This document shows, one piece after another, positions 38,996-51,823 of a DNA stretch of 64,000 nt; positions within the stretch are counted from its first letter, which is position 1; each line of letters opens with the position of its first letter. Location of the stretch: contig NC_057718.1 of NCBI RefSeq assembly GCF_004010195.1, positions 44,616,143-44,680,142 on the forward strand. The letters are read 5' to 3'. This DNA is from Chiloscyllium plagiosum (taxonomy: Eukaryota). The translations under genes were made by a program, and so were the position numbers. The notes beneath the pieces were generated by a model. The model was not told where the DNA came from, searched no databases, and saw only the letters and a list, made by a program, of their open reading frames with translations.

Positions 38996-39499
38996 TTAGT
39001 GTTCCTTTTCTTTCCTTCCCCTCCTCACTTGGAAAGGCACTCCATCTTTTACAAGGTGCCCACTGTCCTTAATGGTAACTACCTGACTCCACAGCACAGA
39101 AATACCAGAGAAAAGTCTGATACAGAAAGAATGGAATGCTTCAGAATCACCCAGAAAGTGAATGAAATGCCGATCACTGGTCCAGTCTGTTTGTTCACAT
39201 TAAGAAGTCAACTAATGATTTATCAGCAGAGCAATGCTTGGGGCATTGGTTTCCAAAGGGTTTACATAGATTTGTAGTTTGATAGATAATTAATTCTAGG
39301 AGGTGACGCAGAATTAGATAGAATTTCCAATGCCAAAATTGTTGAAGGCACTGGCTACAACAAAGGCTCTGACAACATCTGGGTTACAGTGTTAATGTAT
39401 CCTGTTCCAGAACTGGCCAATCCCTTAACCATACTGCTCCAGTGTGGCTACAACTCTGACAATAAACGGACAATGTTGACAATTGACTAGATAATTCAC

Positions 39500-39850
39500 A
39501 GAGTCATAGAGGTCAATAGCACAGAAAAAGGCCAATCGAGTCTGTGCTAGTGAAAAACAAACACCTAAATATACTCACACCATTTTTCAGTACTTGGTCC
39601 TTAGCCTTGTATGCCTCAGCATCACAAGTGCATATCTAAGTATTTCTTAAATGCTATGAGTCTGACTCTACCACCCTTGCAGACAATGAGTTCTAGATTA
39701 CCACCACCTTCTGAGTGAAAAGTGTTTTGCTCACATCCCTTGAAACCTTCTGCCTTTAACTTAAATCTATGCCCCATGATCATGGATACCTCCACCAAGG
39801 GGAAAAGCTCATTCCTACCTGTTCTATCTATGTCCCTCATAATGTTAAGC
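39500..39850 (-). mobile_element. CR1 3' fragment
   Basis: MRDIDR...LFPLVE...GHRFKL; cacagagtcatagag tail. Confidence 0.8.
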
Positions 39851-40020
39851 ACTGTGTACAAAAAGATCAAATTACTGCACCATCACTTTACTGTCAATCA
39901 TCAGCAAAGTGCAGTTGTTGGTAGAACTATCAAGCAGCACTTATTTAGCAAATCCCTGCTGCCTTTGGCTGACTGAGGAAAAGAGTATTTTGGGGACCAG
40001 GCTCATTGGTTAATAGATAA

Positions 40021-40662
40021 TTTATGGACCAGACCAAACCACCTCAAAAATATATTAAGAAGATAGTCTAGACCCTAACTTTTTCTTATTTTAAAAGGTA
40101 AGTGTAAGGTGTTGCATTCCCAATGTAATTCAATAGGTCAAGCTATTACACTTGAAGCAAAATATACGTTATTCATACACTATAGTTACAGTACAACAAA
40201 AAAAAGAAAAAGAATTAGCTTAGCTATAACTCTATTAGAAAACTTCAAAAAGTAATAGATTATTTTACTATTAAATAGTAACTGTTCCAATATTGTAACA
40301 TCCCATAAACAGATCCTTGACAAAGGTTAAGTCAACAAAGTAGATTGGCTCATATGCAATTCTAGCATCCCAGGAAGAAAACATCAAGGGAACACTTTGT
40401 GAGAAATAGTAGCAAGGAGAGATATACTGCAGTTTCCACTCAGTTTTAAGACCCAGCAATAACTGCTACTGAAACTAAAAATCCTGGTTCTGTGGGAACT
40501 TGCCCCACCCATTCATGCTGCTTCTATTGGTCCAATTAAAAAAAAACCAAGGTCACACAAGCTGTTTACTTTATTAGCTTTCAATGGACAGCTCAGCATC
40601 TCTGCCTTCAAACTTCTCTTCAAACAAAATAAATACACCTCTTAAAGCCATAGTTTATCACA
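40021..40662. mobile_element. LTR-like insertion (solo LTR candidate)
   Basis: ~640-bp non-coding block ending in ...tcaca that interrupts an older LINE. 5' TG and TSD are not clean. Confidence 0.35.
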
Positions 40663-40849
40663 GACAGCAGTGATTTGCAGGCTCTTATAGGCTTCAGACT
40701 TGGAAAATCAAATGAAGGCATCGAGAAATACTGGAAAAGTATCGCCAGCAAAGTCATTGCAAGATCCTCCAAATCTGGTGACTGGAAAGGTGGTCTAACA
40801 GCACCAATACCTCTGAACTCCAGTCCCCACCATAGACATGGTCCAAGTA

Positions 40850-41960
40850 CAATTAAAAGAGTTGAAGTGAAGTGAGAGTAACTGTCATTGACTTCCAGGC
40901 AATATTTGATCACGTATGGCATCAGAAAGCCCTGGGAAAATTGAAGTCCTCGGGAATTTGGGGGGTAACACTCTATTGGATAGAGTCATATCCTGTACAA
41001 AGGAGGACTGTTTTGGTTTTTGGAAGTCAATCATCTTAGCCCGAAAACTACACTGTGAGTCTTCCTCAGGTGACTGCCCAACCGCCTTCAGCTGCTTCAT
41101 CAATAACCTTCCTCCAACAAAAAGGAAGCATTGTGCACTGATGACTGCACAATGTTCAGCATCACTGATAACTCCTCATGAAACAAGACTTGAAAAACGT
41201 TCAGACTTGGTCAGATAAATAGAAAATAACATTCAGGTCACACAAGCGCAAAATAACGACTATCTCCAAAGAGTGAGAATTTAACAGTTTCCACTTGGCA
41301 TTCAAACATCGCTAATTCCTTCACCTTCAACATCTTAGGGTTGCCATTGACCAGTAACTGAAACAGCTGTATAAATGCTGTGTCTGAAAAGATAGGTCAG
41401 AAGCTGAGAATTCTGAGATGAGTAACTGAGATACCAAAGCCTGCCCACCATCTACAAAACATAAGTCAGGAATGTGATGAAATATTCTCTAAACTTGGCT
41501 GAGTGAAACTCAAACAATATTCAATAAGCTCGATTCGATCCAGGATAAAGCAGTCCACTTGATTCACAACATATCCATCTAATTTAAGTGTTCATTCTCC
41601 CAAACCAATATACTATGATTGTAGAATATATTATCTATGAGATGCACTGCTGCAACTCACAAGGTTTCTTCAGCAGTACATAATGTGCAGCATCCACTAT
41701 ACAGGACAATAGAAGCAGATGAATGGAAACACTACCATTTGTAAGTTCCTTCCATGCTGCACATGATTCTGACTTGGAACTAAATTCCTTCACTATCAAA
41801 GAGTCAAAATACTGGAACGCCCTCCCTTTCATCACTTTCAGTGATACACCACATTGAATGCAGCAGTTGAAGAAGTTGGCTTACCACCACTTTCTTAAGG
41901 CAATCACAGATTTGTAATAAATATTTGCTTTGCCAATGACATGCAGATCACAAGAATGAA
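40850..41960 (+). mobile_element. Old CR1-clade LINE (RT to 3' tail)
   Basis: DFQAIFDHVWH, PTAFSCFINNLP, IYKT*VRNVMKYS; accaccactttcttaaggcaat tail. Confidence 0.7.
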
Positions 41961-42663
41961 AAGCAAGGCCTTCTATCAAACAACTCTGCATCAGGGATTA
42001 TTCTCCAGATGAGCTTCATTCAATTATAAAGACTTCTCCCTGCCTGCCCCCTATGTTACCTTCTCCCTCAAGCATGCATCAAACCTCAGCTTAAATGTTT
42101 TAATCAATGCATGTAGCCGCAAATGCCATATTCTCACCAGCCTCAGGGCAAACTGAAGTATTTTTAATTTTTTCATAACGTTTACTTTCTTTGTCATGAC
42201 CTGGATTCACCTAGAGACTTTGACTTTTTAATGTATATCCAAGTATTTTCTAAGCTTGTTATCAGAGAACCAGTTTTATAGAAGGAACTTGCATTCATAA
42301 AACATATGACAACCAATGAAGTTTTTTTTTGTAGTGCAGACAATATAAATCAACCACATAAAGCCAGGCCACTGACTTCATGGATCATGTCAGTCTGTAA
42401 ACTAAAAAGTACCACATGTAATGTGTGTTTAGAAGCTTTACAAATATGGGCTCAGACTTATAAAAAAAAGCTCAGTATAATGGATAACACAATGGACAAA
42501 TATGCATAAAGTATTTGAAGTTGTTTTTAAATCAAGATGCAAAGAAAACAATTAGTAAAAAAAAAGCAAATTCCAGGGATCATCAACATACCAGGCTCCA
42601 AAGAACTGATATAAAAAATAAGTTGCATTAAAGAGGTAATATAAACAGTTAAGAGCAACATAC

Positions 42664-42806
42664 CTCTTCTTTTGTTTTCCTTGAGATGACACGAAGCCAA
42701 TCTCCAATCATACTCAAAACTGCAGCAAAGTAAGCAAGTCCCACTAATATCCAGAACCATACAGCAGGTTTGTACCAGTCTAAATATTCTTTATCAGGAC
42801 TCTCTC
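42664..42806 (-). CDS. KCNK2: KCNK2/TREK-1 internal coding exon (P2-M4 loop, M4, proximal C-terminus); not shown in this frame in the ORF track
   Basis: Manual reverse complement: ttag|GA GAG AGT CCT...GAA GAG|gtatgt, giving (G)[47 protein letters not shown]. 143 bp, phase 1 to 0, compatible with both flanking exons. Confidence 0.97.
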
Positions 42807-43639
42807 CTAAACATCATTAAGAAAATAGTAAGTCAGTCAATTTCAGATGAACTATAGCCTGTGGTTTTTGTTTTGAAGGTGATAGTACAGATGTTCACAC
42901 ATTTTTTAAGTTCAAAGCTATACACGTTAGCTTGAAGCAGTAGCCATAGCATCTAGTTCCTAAAGGATCTCTCATTAAGGTTAACGCAACAAAAATGCAA
43001 CTGGCACTTCATGTGCTGTTAAACTTAGAGTAGTGACCTGTGGTGACTTGAAAAGGCTTACAAAACTGAGCTGTTAGAACCCTGACCAAAATGAGATTGG
43101 CAAGTGTAAACTCAGTGCCTTAGGTGCATTGTTCGCATAATATTAGAATTAAATTAATAGTCTGTTTTGGAAAGATCATAAAGATTACAAAACTACAGAT
43201 GTTTCTGACCTTATTCTGAGTTTTGCTGTGAAATAATTGACTTTGAGTTTGAAACAAAAAGAGCCATTCGAACTTTAATCGGAAGGTTTGAAGAAAATAG
43301 GATGCAGTTTTATATCTTATTTTTAATATAGGAAATGATCTAAAGCGCATTGAATAGCCTAAGGCAAATAAAGGTACAACTGGTGAGCAGTGCCAGATGA
43401 GTTAAGGAAAGTGACTGTGCAGCCTTTAAAAAGACCAAAATAGCTCATGACTCTATCATGTCTCTGAAGAGAACAGGGTGCACAAAGGAACACAAAATCA
43501 AACAATACAGGAAGGCAAACTCGGATATTGTCGAGATAAGTTAGGACAAGATCTTGGAGAGGTCTGAAGATGGCAAAGGATTAGATGGATGAGCTTCCTT
43601 AAAGTACAAAAATAAGTTCAGTTTATTTTCACACTATCT

Positions 43640-44480
43640 TGTAAAATAATTTCTAATAAAAATATCCTTCATCTCTAGGAAGTAATTCTCGCATATTTCA
43701 CACTGCCAATCACCCCAGAATTGAACAGAATTAACAACAGAGCAATGAAAAATCCCAAAAATATAGTTCAACTATACATGTGCCTTGTCATCCAAATAGC
43801 CTGTATCAATGTCAGAATATTAAATGTTCACAGAAAAACAGATCTTTTGGCTGATCTATATTCTGTTGTTTAATGACAATTTAAATTCATGGACTTTATT
43901 GCTTATCTTACTGAATTATTCCTATCTATTTGATATGTTATACAAAGTCACTCCGCTACTATTTCAGCTCTTAAAAACAGACCAAACTTCTCACTTTTCA
44001 TTTCCAAAGTAACTTCCCCAACCCTGGAAACTTTCTGGTGAATCTAAACTAAATCTTTTTATATACTACAAAGGGGTGTCTAAAACTTACACAGCGCCCC
44101 ACCTGCTGAATCAACTTCTTGGACAGGTTGAACATTACCCCATTGGTTTTGTATCTTTGACTGCTACTTGCTAACATAAACAAGAACCTGGCGCATCTTT
44201 CTCTATTCATACAATCTTGTTTAATGGCTCTGTACCTTCACAACAAAATGCTCTGTACATTGACCCAGTTTAAAATTTTGTGATTTGAAGTATACCATAT
44301 TTCCTTGCTCTGTTGTAACTTCTAAAATTTATCACTTGAGAGTTCACTACACTGAAATGTACCTTCCCTTTGTCCATCTGTCCTGCTAGCACATCTTTAT
44401 TCTTTTACTGTCTTTTGCAATGTCAACATAATTCACTGTGCTTCCAATTTGGTATTATTAACAAATGTTGTTCCCTCAAA
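43640..44480 (-). mobile_element. Very old CR1 relic
   Basis: Decayed minus-strand RT phrases (ttccaatttggtattattaacaaat, KFxDDTKLG-like). Confidence 0.45.
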
Positions 44481-44554
44481 TACAAGTAAATACACTTGTG
44501 CACATTGTCACAAAGATATCATATGTATGAATATCTTGGAAGACTGGGCTGGGG

Positions 44555-45105
44555 GAGTCCATAGGTTTAAGGTGAGAGGGGAAAGATTTAAAAGGGACCT
44601 AAGGGGCAGAGAGTGGTGTGTGTATAGAATGAACTGCCAGAGGAAGTGTATGTAGCTGATACCATTACGACACTTAAAAGACAGCTGGGTGGGTGTATGA
44701 ATAGCAAGGGTTTAGAAGGATAAGGGCCAGTTGTATAAGACTCTGGTGCGGCCGCATCTGGAGTATTGTGTACAGTTTTGGTCGCCATACTAGATGTTAG
44801 GGGTAGGTTCTTTACTCAGCGAGTCGTGAGTTCATGGAATGCCCTGCCAGTAGCAGTGGTGGACTCTCCCTCATTATGGGCATTTAAGCAGGCATTGGAT
44901 AGGCATATGGAGGATAATGGGCTAGTGAAGGTTAGGTAGGCTTGGATCGGTGCAACATCGAGGGCTGAAGGGCCTGTACTGCGCTGTATTCTTCTATGTT
45001 CTATGTAAAAGCTGGCAAATGGGACTAGATTAATTTAAGATAGCTCATCGTTATGGATGAGTTGGACCAAAGGGTCTATTTCTGTGCTGTACATCTCTAT
45101 GATCT
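44555..45105 (+). mobile_element. Nested CR1 3' ends: element B (44731-45006, internally deleted) inside element A
   Basis: Element A gggcca|...|aaagctggcaaatgggactag is split by LYKTLVRPHLEY...ttctatgttctatgt. Confidence 0.8.
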
Positions 45106-45146
45106 AAGGCTTAGGTTTTGAAGGACTGAGGAAAAATGGATTTACA

Positions 45147-45480
45147 TAGAAACATAGAAAATAGCTGCAGGGATCGGCCAGTTGGCCCTTCAAACCATTC
45201 AATATGATCATGAAATTTCAGCATCCCATTCCCGTTCTCTCTCTATACCCCTTGATCCCTCTAGCTGCAAGGGTCATGTCCAGTTCCCTCTTGAATATAT
45301 CTAACAAATTGGCCCCAACAGCTTTGTGGTAGGGAATTCCACTGGTTTACAACTCTGAGTGAAGGAATTCTTCCTCATCAGTCCTGAATGGTTTATTGCT
45401 TATTCTTAGACTGCGAGTCCTTGTTCTGGACCTCCCCAACATCCGGAACATTCTTCCCACATCTAACCTGTCCAGTCCCA
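45147..45480 (-). mobile_element. CR1 3' fragment
   Basis: catagaaacatagaaa tail; GLDRLDVGRMF. Confidence 0.8.
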
Positions 45481-46989
45481 TTATTTGTTTCATCACTTCA
45501 AGTTTTGTATAAATAAGTTGAGCTGGTTCTTTAAAATAGGTTGTTAAGAACTGATTAAAAGCAAAATAATGCAAATGCAGGAAATCTGGAGCAAACACAG
45601 AAAGTGCTTAAGCAATTCTTCAGCTGGCAGCATCTGTGGAAAGGGAATCACTATTAATGTTTCAACAGATGCTACTGAGTTTCTCCAGCATTCACTATGT
45701 TTGCTGCTGAGACCTCTTCTTTTAAATAAAAACAAGGCTTCCTTTGGAGTCACATCACTGGTACAGATGCCTGGTTGAGTTGTTAGAACAGTGACTGAAG
45801 GATTGATTCTGTTTATCAGCTGAAGGACAAAAAGTCTGTAATAAAAAGCTGCCCAGCTGATCTCTCCCATTTCTGAAAATAAAACCCTCTTGTTGAGTTC
45901 AGGGTAAAGGGTGGCGCTGGAAAAGGACAGCGGGTCAGGCAGTGAGATCTGCAGTCCTCACTTTCTCCGAGTTCAGAGTAAAACTTGTTCTCCCGAAGAA
46001 GTGATTGGAGGAACTAATATTTCCTGAGCAAGATGTGGCTGAAAGGTTCCAAAGATAATCATACATGATTAGTGCCTCAACTACGTGTGACAGAACATTC
46101 GAGTAACAGGCTTCATAACATTCTGTGCTTTACCTTTTCGTCCTCAAGAAAAAAAAATCAGCCAAAGGTTTTCTTTTCAGAAAGCCGATCTGTGCAGAGA
46201 AAATTATTTTATTTTTGTATTTCTGTTTTCCTTAATTGTTTAAATGCATGTGTGTTTTGGGAATATTTAGAAGGATAGGAATTCATACTTCTATATTAGT
46301 GACTGTGTCTGTTAACCACTTATTGTATCTTCATTGAATGAGTATTGTTTTGATAATAAGTCAATAACTGTGTTTATTAAGAAATTTCGTTGATAGATCT
46401 TTTAGTTTAATTTAGATTTTTAAAATTTAAAACCAATAAGGTACTTAATTAGTCATTTTGTTAACTGGGGTAAGTATTTTTTATTTTATTTGTGAGCTAT
46501 AGAGTAGTTGGACTAGAGGAAAAGTGTACTCTTCCAGCCTCAGGCACAAAAATATATTGACCAAGATTTGTCCCAGCACAGGTACCACATCTTTTCAGTG
46601 AGAGAAACTTTCATGTGTCCTTACTCTTTGTTCCTTTCTTTCATTTATAAAGTTACATTTCCTTATTATGATATTGAAACACTGCAGCCAAAAAGCTATA
46701 GTTTCGAAAATGTGGTGAAATGGAACTTCCGTCCATTAGTATCCCCTTGGTGTGGTTTGGTAAAGAACACATTCTTGGTCCCCAAACAGCTGGGAGGTGG
46801 CCAGGAACCTGCTGAGGTGGGCAGTTTCTTGCCTGCAAACATGTCCCTCCTGATCTACCAAAGAAAAGAGATGTGGCCGACAGACATTTTACCAGGCTAC
46901 CCAGAGGCCTTTCTCAGCCTGAAGAAAATTATTAGGAAGTTTCTTCAGCTCTTAAAAGAGCTGTACAGCTCATAAATAAAGTCCTCAAT

Positions 46990-47465
46990 ACTTTGATTGA
47001 TCACTTTAGTCACGGCTACTTCAACAGAGCATTTTAATTTTCTACTCAATTTGCACTCTGACCTCTCTGTGCTCAGCTTCTTTGAGTTCAACAATTTCAG
47101 ATGTTAACCACTGCCTGCATTTGTTTCCTATTTGTTTTACATGTTTTTGAGTTTATTTTTACTTTTGAATTGCAGCTGTTCGTGATTCTATCATTTACAA
47201 TCCCTCTGGACACATCTATTGTTACTTTCCCAACACCACTCTCTTTTGCCTTGTACCATCAACTCTTTACTCATTTCATCTCTTCTGCCTTTTCTTATTT
47301 GGCCCCATTCCCTTTTGCTGCCTTTGTACACCCTTAAAATCTGTTTTATCTTTAACTTATCACTTGTAGTTCGCATGAAAGGTTATCAGCCTGAAATGTT
47401 AACTCTGTTTTTCTCTTCGCAGATGCTATGATACTGGCTGACTTTCTCCAGCATTTTCTGTTCAA
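46990..47465 (+). mobile_element. Old PLE 3' relic with degenerate hammerhead (47368-47404)
   Basis: gagttcaacaatttcaga (EFNNFR, PLE ORF end), then agtt CGCATGA aaggttatcagcct GAAA TGTT aact and cagatgct...ttctccagca. Confidence 0.55.
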
Positions 47466-48199
47466 CAGAACTCAAGTCAACATTCAGTAGAATTCCTTTC
47501 AAGGTTTACAAGGAAGTAATGGGCAGAAATCCAGACAATGCCCAATAACTTATCTAGAAAGGCAGCTTGATATAATGGATATGTAGGTAGGACCCTTTTT
47601 CTCCACAGCCCCAATCTGGAAATTATAATACTTTTTGAAGTAGGATGGAATCCAAGCCAAACTAGACTATTATTTAAGTATTTACTTAATATTTGTGCTG
47701 CTTTTTTTACTCTTTACTACATTTTTATGTTCTTTAACTTTTAGAAGTTTAATTTTAAAATACTTTAGCCAATTTAACATTACATTTTATACATTTCCGG
47801 ACATACATTGCCAGCAACAGAGAATTACCATGAAATGTACAATTAATGTCTTAGATTTCCTCATTGACATTCTTTATGTCTCTCGTGACATATACTGAAA
47901 TAGATCTTTTCGGTCTTTCAATTTTATAATTCGCTGGAAGATAGTTCTTTGATTTCAGGTGGCTTATGTATGTGTATGTGTTTCCCTTACAACAATTTAC
48001 AATTAATTTAATGTCATGCTTCCTCTCTTTTAAAAACAATTGTTAAAATTGTTGTTAAAATTGAGCTATTTCAATAACACAGTACAGGAGGTATTTCTTG
48101 CAGGGTTTGCATTTGAATAAGCAGAGATTAAAAGCAAGCAACTTCAAATCAACACAAGTAAACTATTTTATCAACTTTAATGTGTTCTAGTGATAATTG

Positions 48200-51100
48200 G
48201 TGATAGGCTCCAATGGCATAGGTAGGAAGAGAGATGGGGATTTAAGACAGAAATTCAGGGAGCTAGAGTGGAAGCTTTGGGCAAGGATAAACAGAGTTGT
48301 TATCTCTGGCCTGTTTCCATGCCATGTGCTAGCAAGGTGAGGAATAGAGAGAGAGAGAGAGAGAGAGAGAGGGGAGTTGAACATGTGACTACAGGGATGG
48401 TGCAGGAGGGAGGGTTTTGGATTCCTGGATAATTGGGGTTCTGTGTGGGGTAGATGGGACCTCTACAGACAGGATGGTCTTCACCTGAACCAGAGGGGTA
48501 CCAATATCCTGAGGTGGGGAGGGATTGCTAATACTCTCAGGGTGGCTTCAAACTAATTCAGCAGGGGAAAGGGAACCCAAACTGTAGTTCAAGTATACAG
48601 GAGGTTGAGAGCAATGAGATCCAAAATAGAGTTTCAAGATCACATGAGGGCACTGGCAAGCAAGAAATTACTTTGAAGTGTGTCTATTTCAACGCCAGGA
48701 GGATCCAGAATAAGGTGGGTGAACTTGCAGCATGGGTTGGTACCTGGGATTTCAATGTTGTGGCCATTTTGGAGACATGGGTAGAGCAGTGAGAGGAATG
48801 GTTGTTGCAAGTTGTGGGATTTAGATGTTGCAGTAAGAACAGAGAAGATAGTAAAAGAGTGGGGGTGGAGGGGGCATTGTTAGTCAAGGACAGTATTTTG
48901 GTTGCAGAAAGGACATCTGAGGACTTGTCTACTGAGGTAGTATGGGCTTAGGTCAGAAACAGGAAAAGGAAGTCACCCTGTTAGGAGTTTCTATAGGCCT
49001 CCGAATAGTTCCAGAGATGTAGAGGAAAGGATAGCAAGGATGATTCTGATAGGAGTGATAGCAACAGGGTAGTTGTTATGGGGGACTTTAACTTTCCAAA
49101 TATTGACTGGGAATACTGAAGTTCAAGTACTTTAGATGGGTCAGTTTTTGTCCAATGTGTGCAAGAGGGTTTCCTGACACCGTATTTAGACAGCCCAACA
49201 AGGGATGAGGCCACGTTAGATTTGGTACTGGGTAATGAACCAGATTTGTTAGATTTGGAGGTAGGTGAGCACTTTGGTGATAGTGACCACAATTCGGCTA
49301 TGTTTACTACAGCGCTGGAAAGGGATCGGTATATACCATAGGGCAAGCGTTATAGCTGGGACAAAGGCAATTATGATGCAATTAGTCAATATTTAGGATG
49401 CATAGGATGGGGAAGGAAACTTCAGGGGATGGGCACAATTGAAATGTGGAGCTTATTCAAGGAACAGCTACTGTGTGTCCTTGCTAAGTATGTACCTGTC
49501 AGGCAGGGTGGAAGTTGTCGAGTGAGGGAGCCGTGGTTCACTAAGGAAGTTGAATCTCTTGTCAAAAGGAAACTTCAGGGGATGGGCACAATTGAAATGT
49601 GGAGCTTATTCAAGGAACAGCTACTGTGTGTCCTTGCTAAGTATGTACCTGTCAGGCAGGGTGTCGAGTGAGGGAGCCGTGGTTCACTAAGGAAGTTGAA
49701 TCTCTTGTCAAAAGGAAGAAGAAGGCTTATGTTAGGATGAGATGTGCAGGTTCAGTTAGTGCACTTGAGAGTTACAGTTAGCCAGGAAAGACCTAAAGAG
49801 AGAGCTAAGAAGAGCCAGGAGGGGACATTAGAAGTCATTGGCAGATAGAATCAAGGAAAACCCTAAGGTTTTCTATAGGTATATTATGAATAAAAGATTG
49901 ACTCTGGCAAGATTAGGGCCAATCAAGGACAGTAGCAGGATGTTGTGTGTGGAGTAAGAGGAGATGGGGAAGTGCTAAATGAATATTTTTCATCAGTATT
50001 CACACTAGAAAAAGATGAGGTTGGCAAGGAGAACACTGAGATACAGGCTGCCAAACTAGACGGGACAGAATTTCACAGCAGGAGGTGTTAGCAATTCTGT
50101 AAAGTGTAAACATAGATAAGTCCCCTGGGCGGGATGGAATTTATCCTAGGATTCTCTGGGAAGTCAGGGAGGAGATTGTCAAGCCTTTGGCTTTGATCTT
50201 TATGTCATCATTGTCTGCAGGAATTGTGGCAGAAGACTGGAGGATAGCAAATTCTGTTCCCTTGTTCAAGGAGAGTCGAGACAATGCTGGTCATTTTTGA
50301 CCAATGAACCTTGGTCAAATTGTGGGAGAAGTGTTGGAAAAGGTTATAAGAGATGGGATTTATAATCATCTAGAAAGGAATAAGTTGATTAGGAATAGTC
50401 AGCATGGTTTTGTGAAAGGTAGATCATGCCTCACCAATCTTATTGAGTTCTTTGAGAAGGTGACCAAACAGGTGGATGAGGGTAAAGCAATTGATGTGGT
50501 GTATATGGATTTCAGTAAGGCATTTGAGAAGGTTCCCCATGGTAGGCTATTGCACAAAATATGGAAGTATGAGATTGAGGTGATTTAGCAGTTTAGATCA
50601 GAAATTGGCTAGCTGAAAGAAGACAGAGGGTGGTGGTTGATGGGAAATGATCATCCTGGAGTTCAGTTACTAGTGGTGTAATGCAATGATCTGTTTTGGA
50701 TCCACTGCTGTTTGTCATTTTTATAAATGGCCTGGATGAGGACTTAGAGGATAGGTTAGTAAATTTGCGGATGACACTAAGATCGGTAGAGTTGTGGACA
50801 GTGAAGAAGGATGTTGTAGGTTACATTTGGACATGGATAAGTTACAGAGCTGGGCTGAGAAGTGGCAAATGGTGTTTAATACTGAAAAGTGTAAGGTGAT
50901 TCACTTTGGAAGGAGCAACAGGATGGCCGTGTACAGGGCTAATGGTAACATTCTTGGAAGTGTGGATGAATGAAGGGATCTTGGTGTCCACGTCCATTGG
51001 TCCCTGAAAGTTGCCACCTGTTTTTGTTGGAGAGAAGAAGGTTGAGAGGTGACTTAATTGAGATTTATAAGATAATCAGAGGGTATTTTCCTCGATGGTG

Positions 51101-51365
51101 GCTATCACGAGGGGACATAGCTTTAAATTGAGGGGTAATAGATATAGGACAGATGTCAGAGGTAGTTTCTTTACTCAGCGAGTAGTAGGGGCATGGAATG
51201 CATTGCCTGCAACAGTAGTAGACTCGACAACTTTAAGGGCATTAAATGGTCATTGGATAGTCATATGGATGAAAATGGAATAGTGCGGGTTAGATGGGCT
51301 TCACATTGGTTTCACAGTTTGGTGCAATATCGAGGGTACTGCGCTATAATGTTCTATGTTCTATA
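48200..51365 (+). mobile_element. Near full-length degenerate CR1 LINE (ORF1 esterase end, APE, RT, 3' tail) in KCNK2 intron, antisense
   Basis: YFNARRIQNK, MGDFNFPNIDW, GDSDHN, QHGFVKGRSCLTNLIEFFE, FADDTK; gttctatgttctat tail; contains (GA)n at 48346-48370. Confidence 0.94.
49413..49717 (+). repeat. Tandem duplication, period 153 bp, with aaggaa microhomology
   Basis: aaggaaacttcaggggatgggcaca starts at 49413 and 49566; copy 2 has a 7-bp deletion. Confidence 0.94.
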
Positions 51366-51636
51366 ATAATTCATATCAAATAAAATTTGCTTACAATAAA
51401 ATGACACTTTTCCAATCCTTAGAGGTGCTTCACAGACCAGTGAAATGTTTGAAAAATGTTTGGATAAGATATTTTCAAGTCATACATCGCAGTAGTCACT
51501 TTGTGCACAACAATGAGATAAACAACAGCTTAAGGAGTAAAAAGGTGTTTGTAACCAACAGCCCATCTGAAACCTCCCAAATACAGATCTGGCAAAGTTT
51601 AATTAATATACAATAACAGATATAGGCAAAGCTTAC

Positions 51637-51823
51637 CTGCGACAAAATCCCCAAATCCAATCGTTGTCAAGGTGATCACAACAAAGTAGATAGACTCCAA
51701 AGCTGTCCAGCCTTCAATATGTTTAAAAATGATTGCGGGGATAGCCACAAACAACAGACATCCAAACAATATGAATATTAAAGTGGAGATGACACGAATT
51801 TTGGTTTGACTGATTTTCCATTC
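51637..51823 (-). CDS. KCNK2: KCNK2/TREK-1 internal coding exon (M3 and second pore loop P2)
   Basis: Translates [62 protein letters not shown](G), with the K2P selectivity filter TIGFGD. Acceptor ttttgcag| at 51824, donor |gtaagc at 51636; 187 bp, phase 0 to 1. Confidence 0.97.

Noticed and set aside
45850..46550. Possible additional LTR-like element
   Set aside because: Could not define termini or a TSD.
30747..51823. Assignment as KCNK10 (TREK-2) or KCNK4 (TRAAK)
   Set aside because: The short C-terminus with KRKLS, QELTP, RTLSVN and terminal VIEDIK follows TREK-1 throughout.
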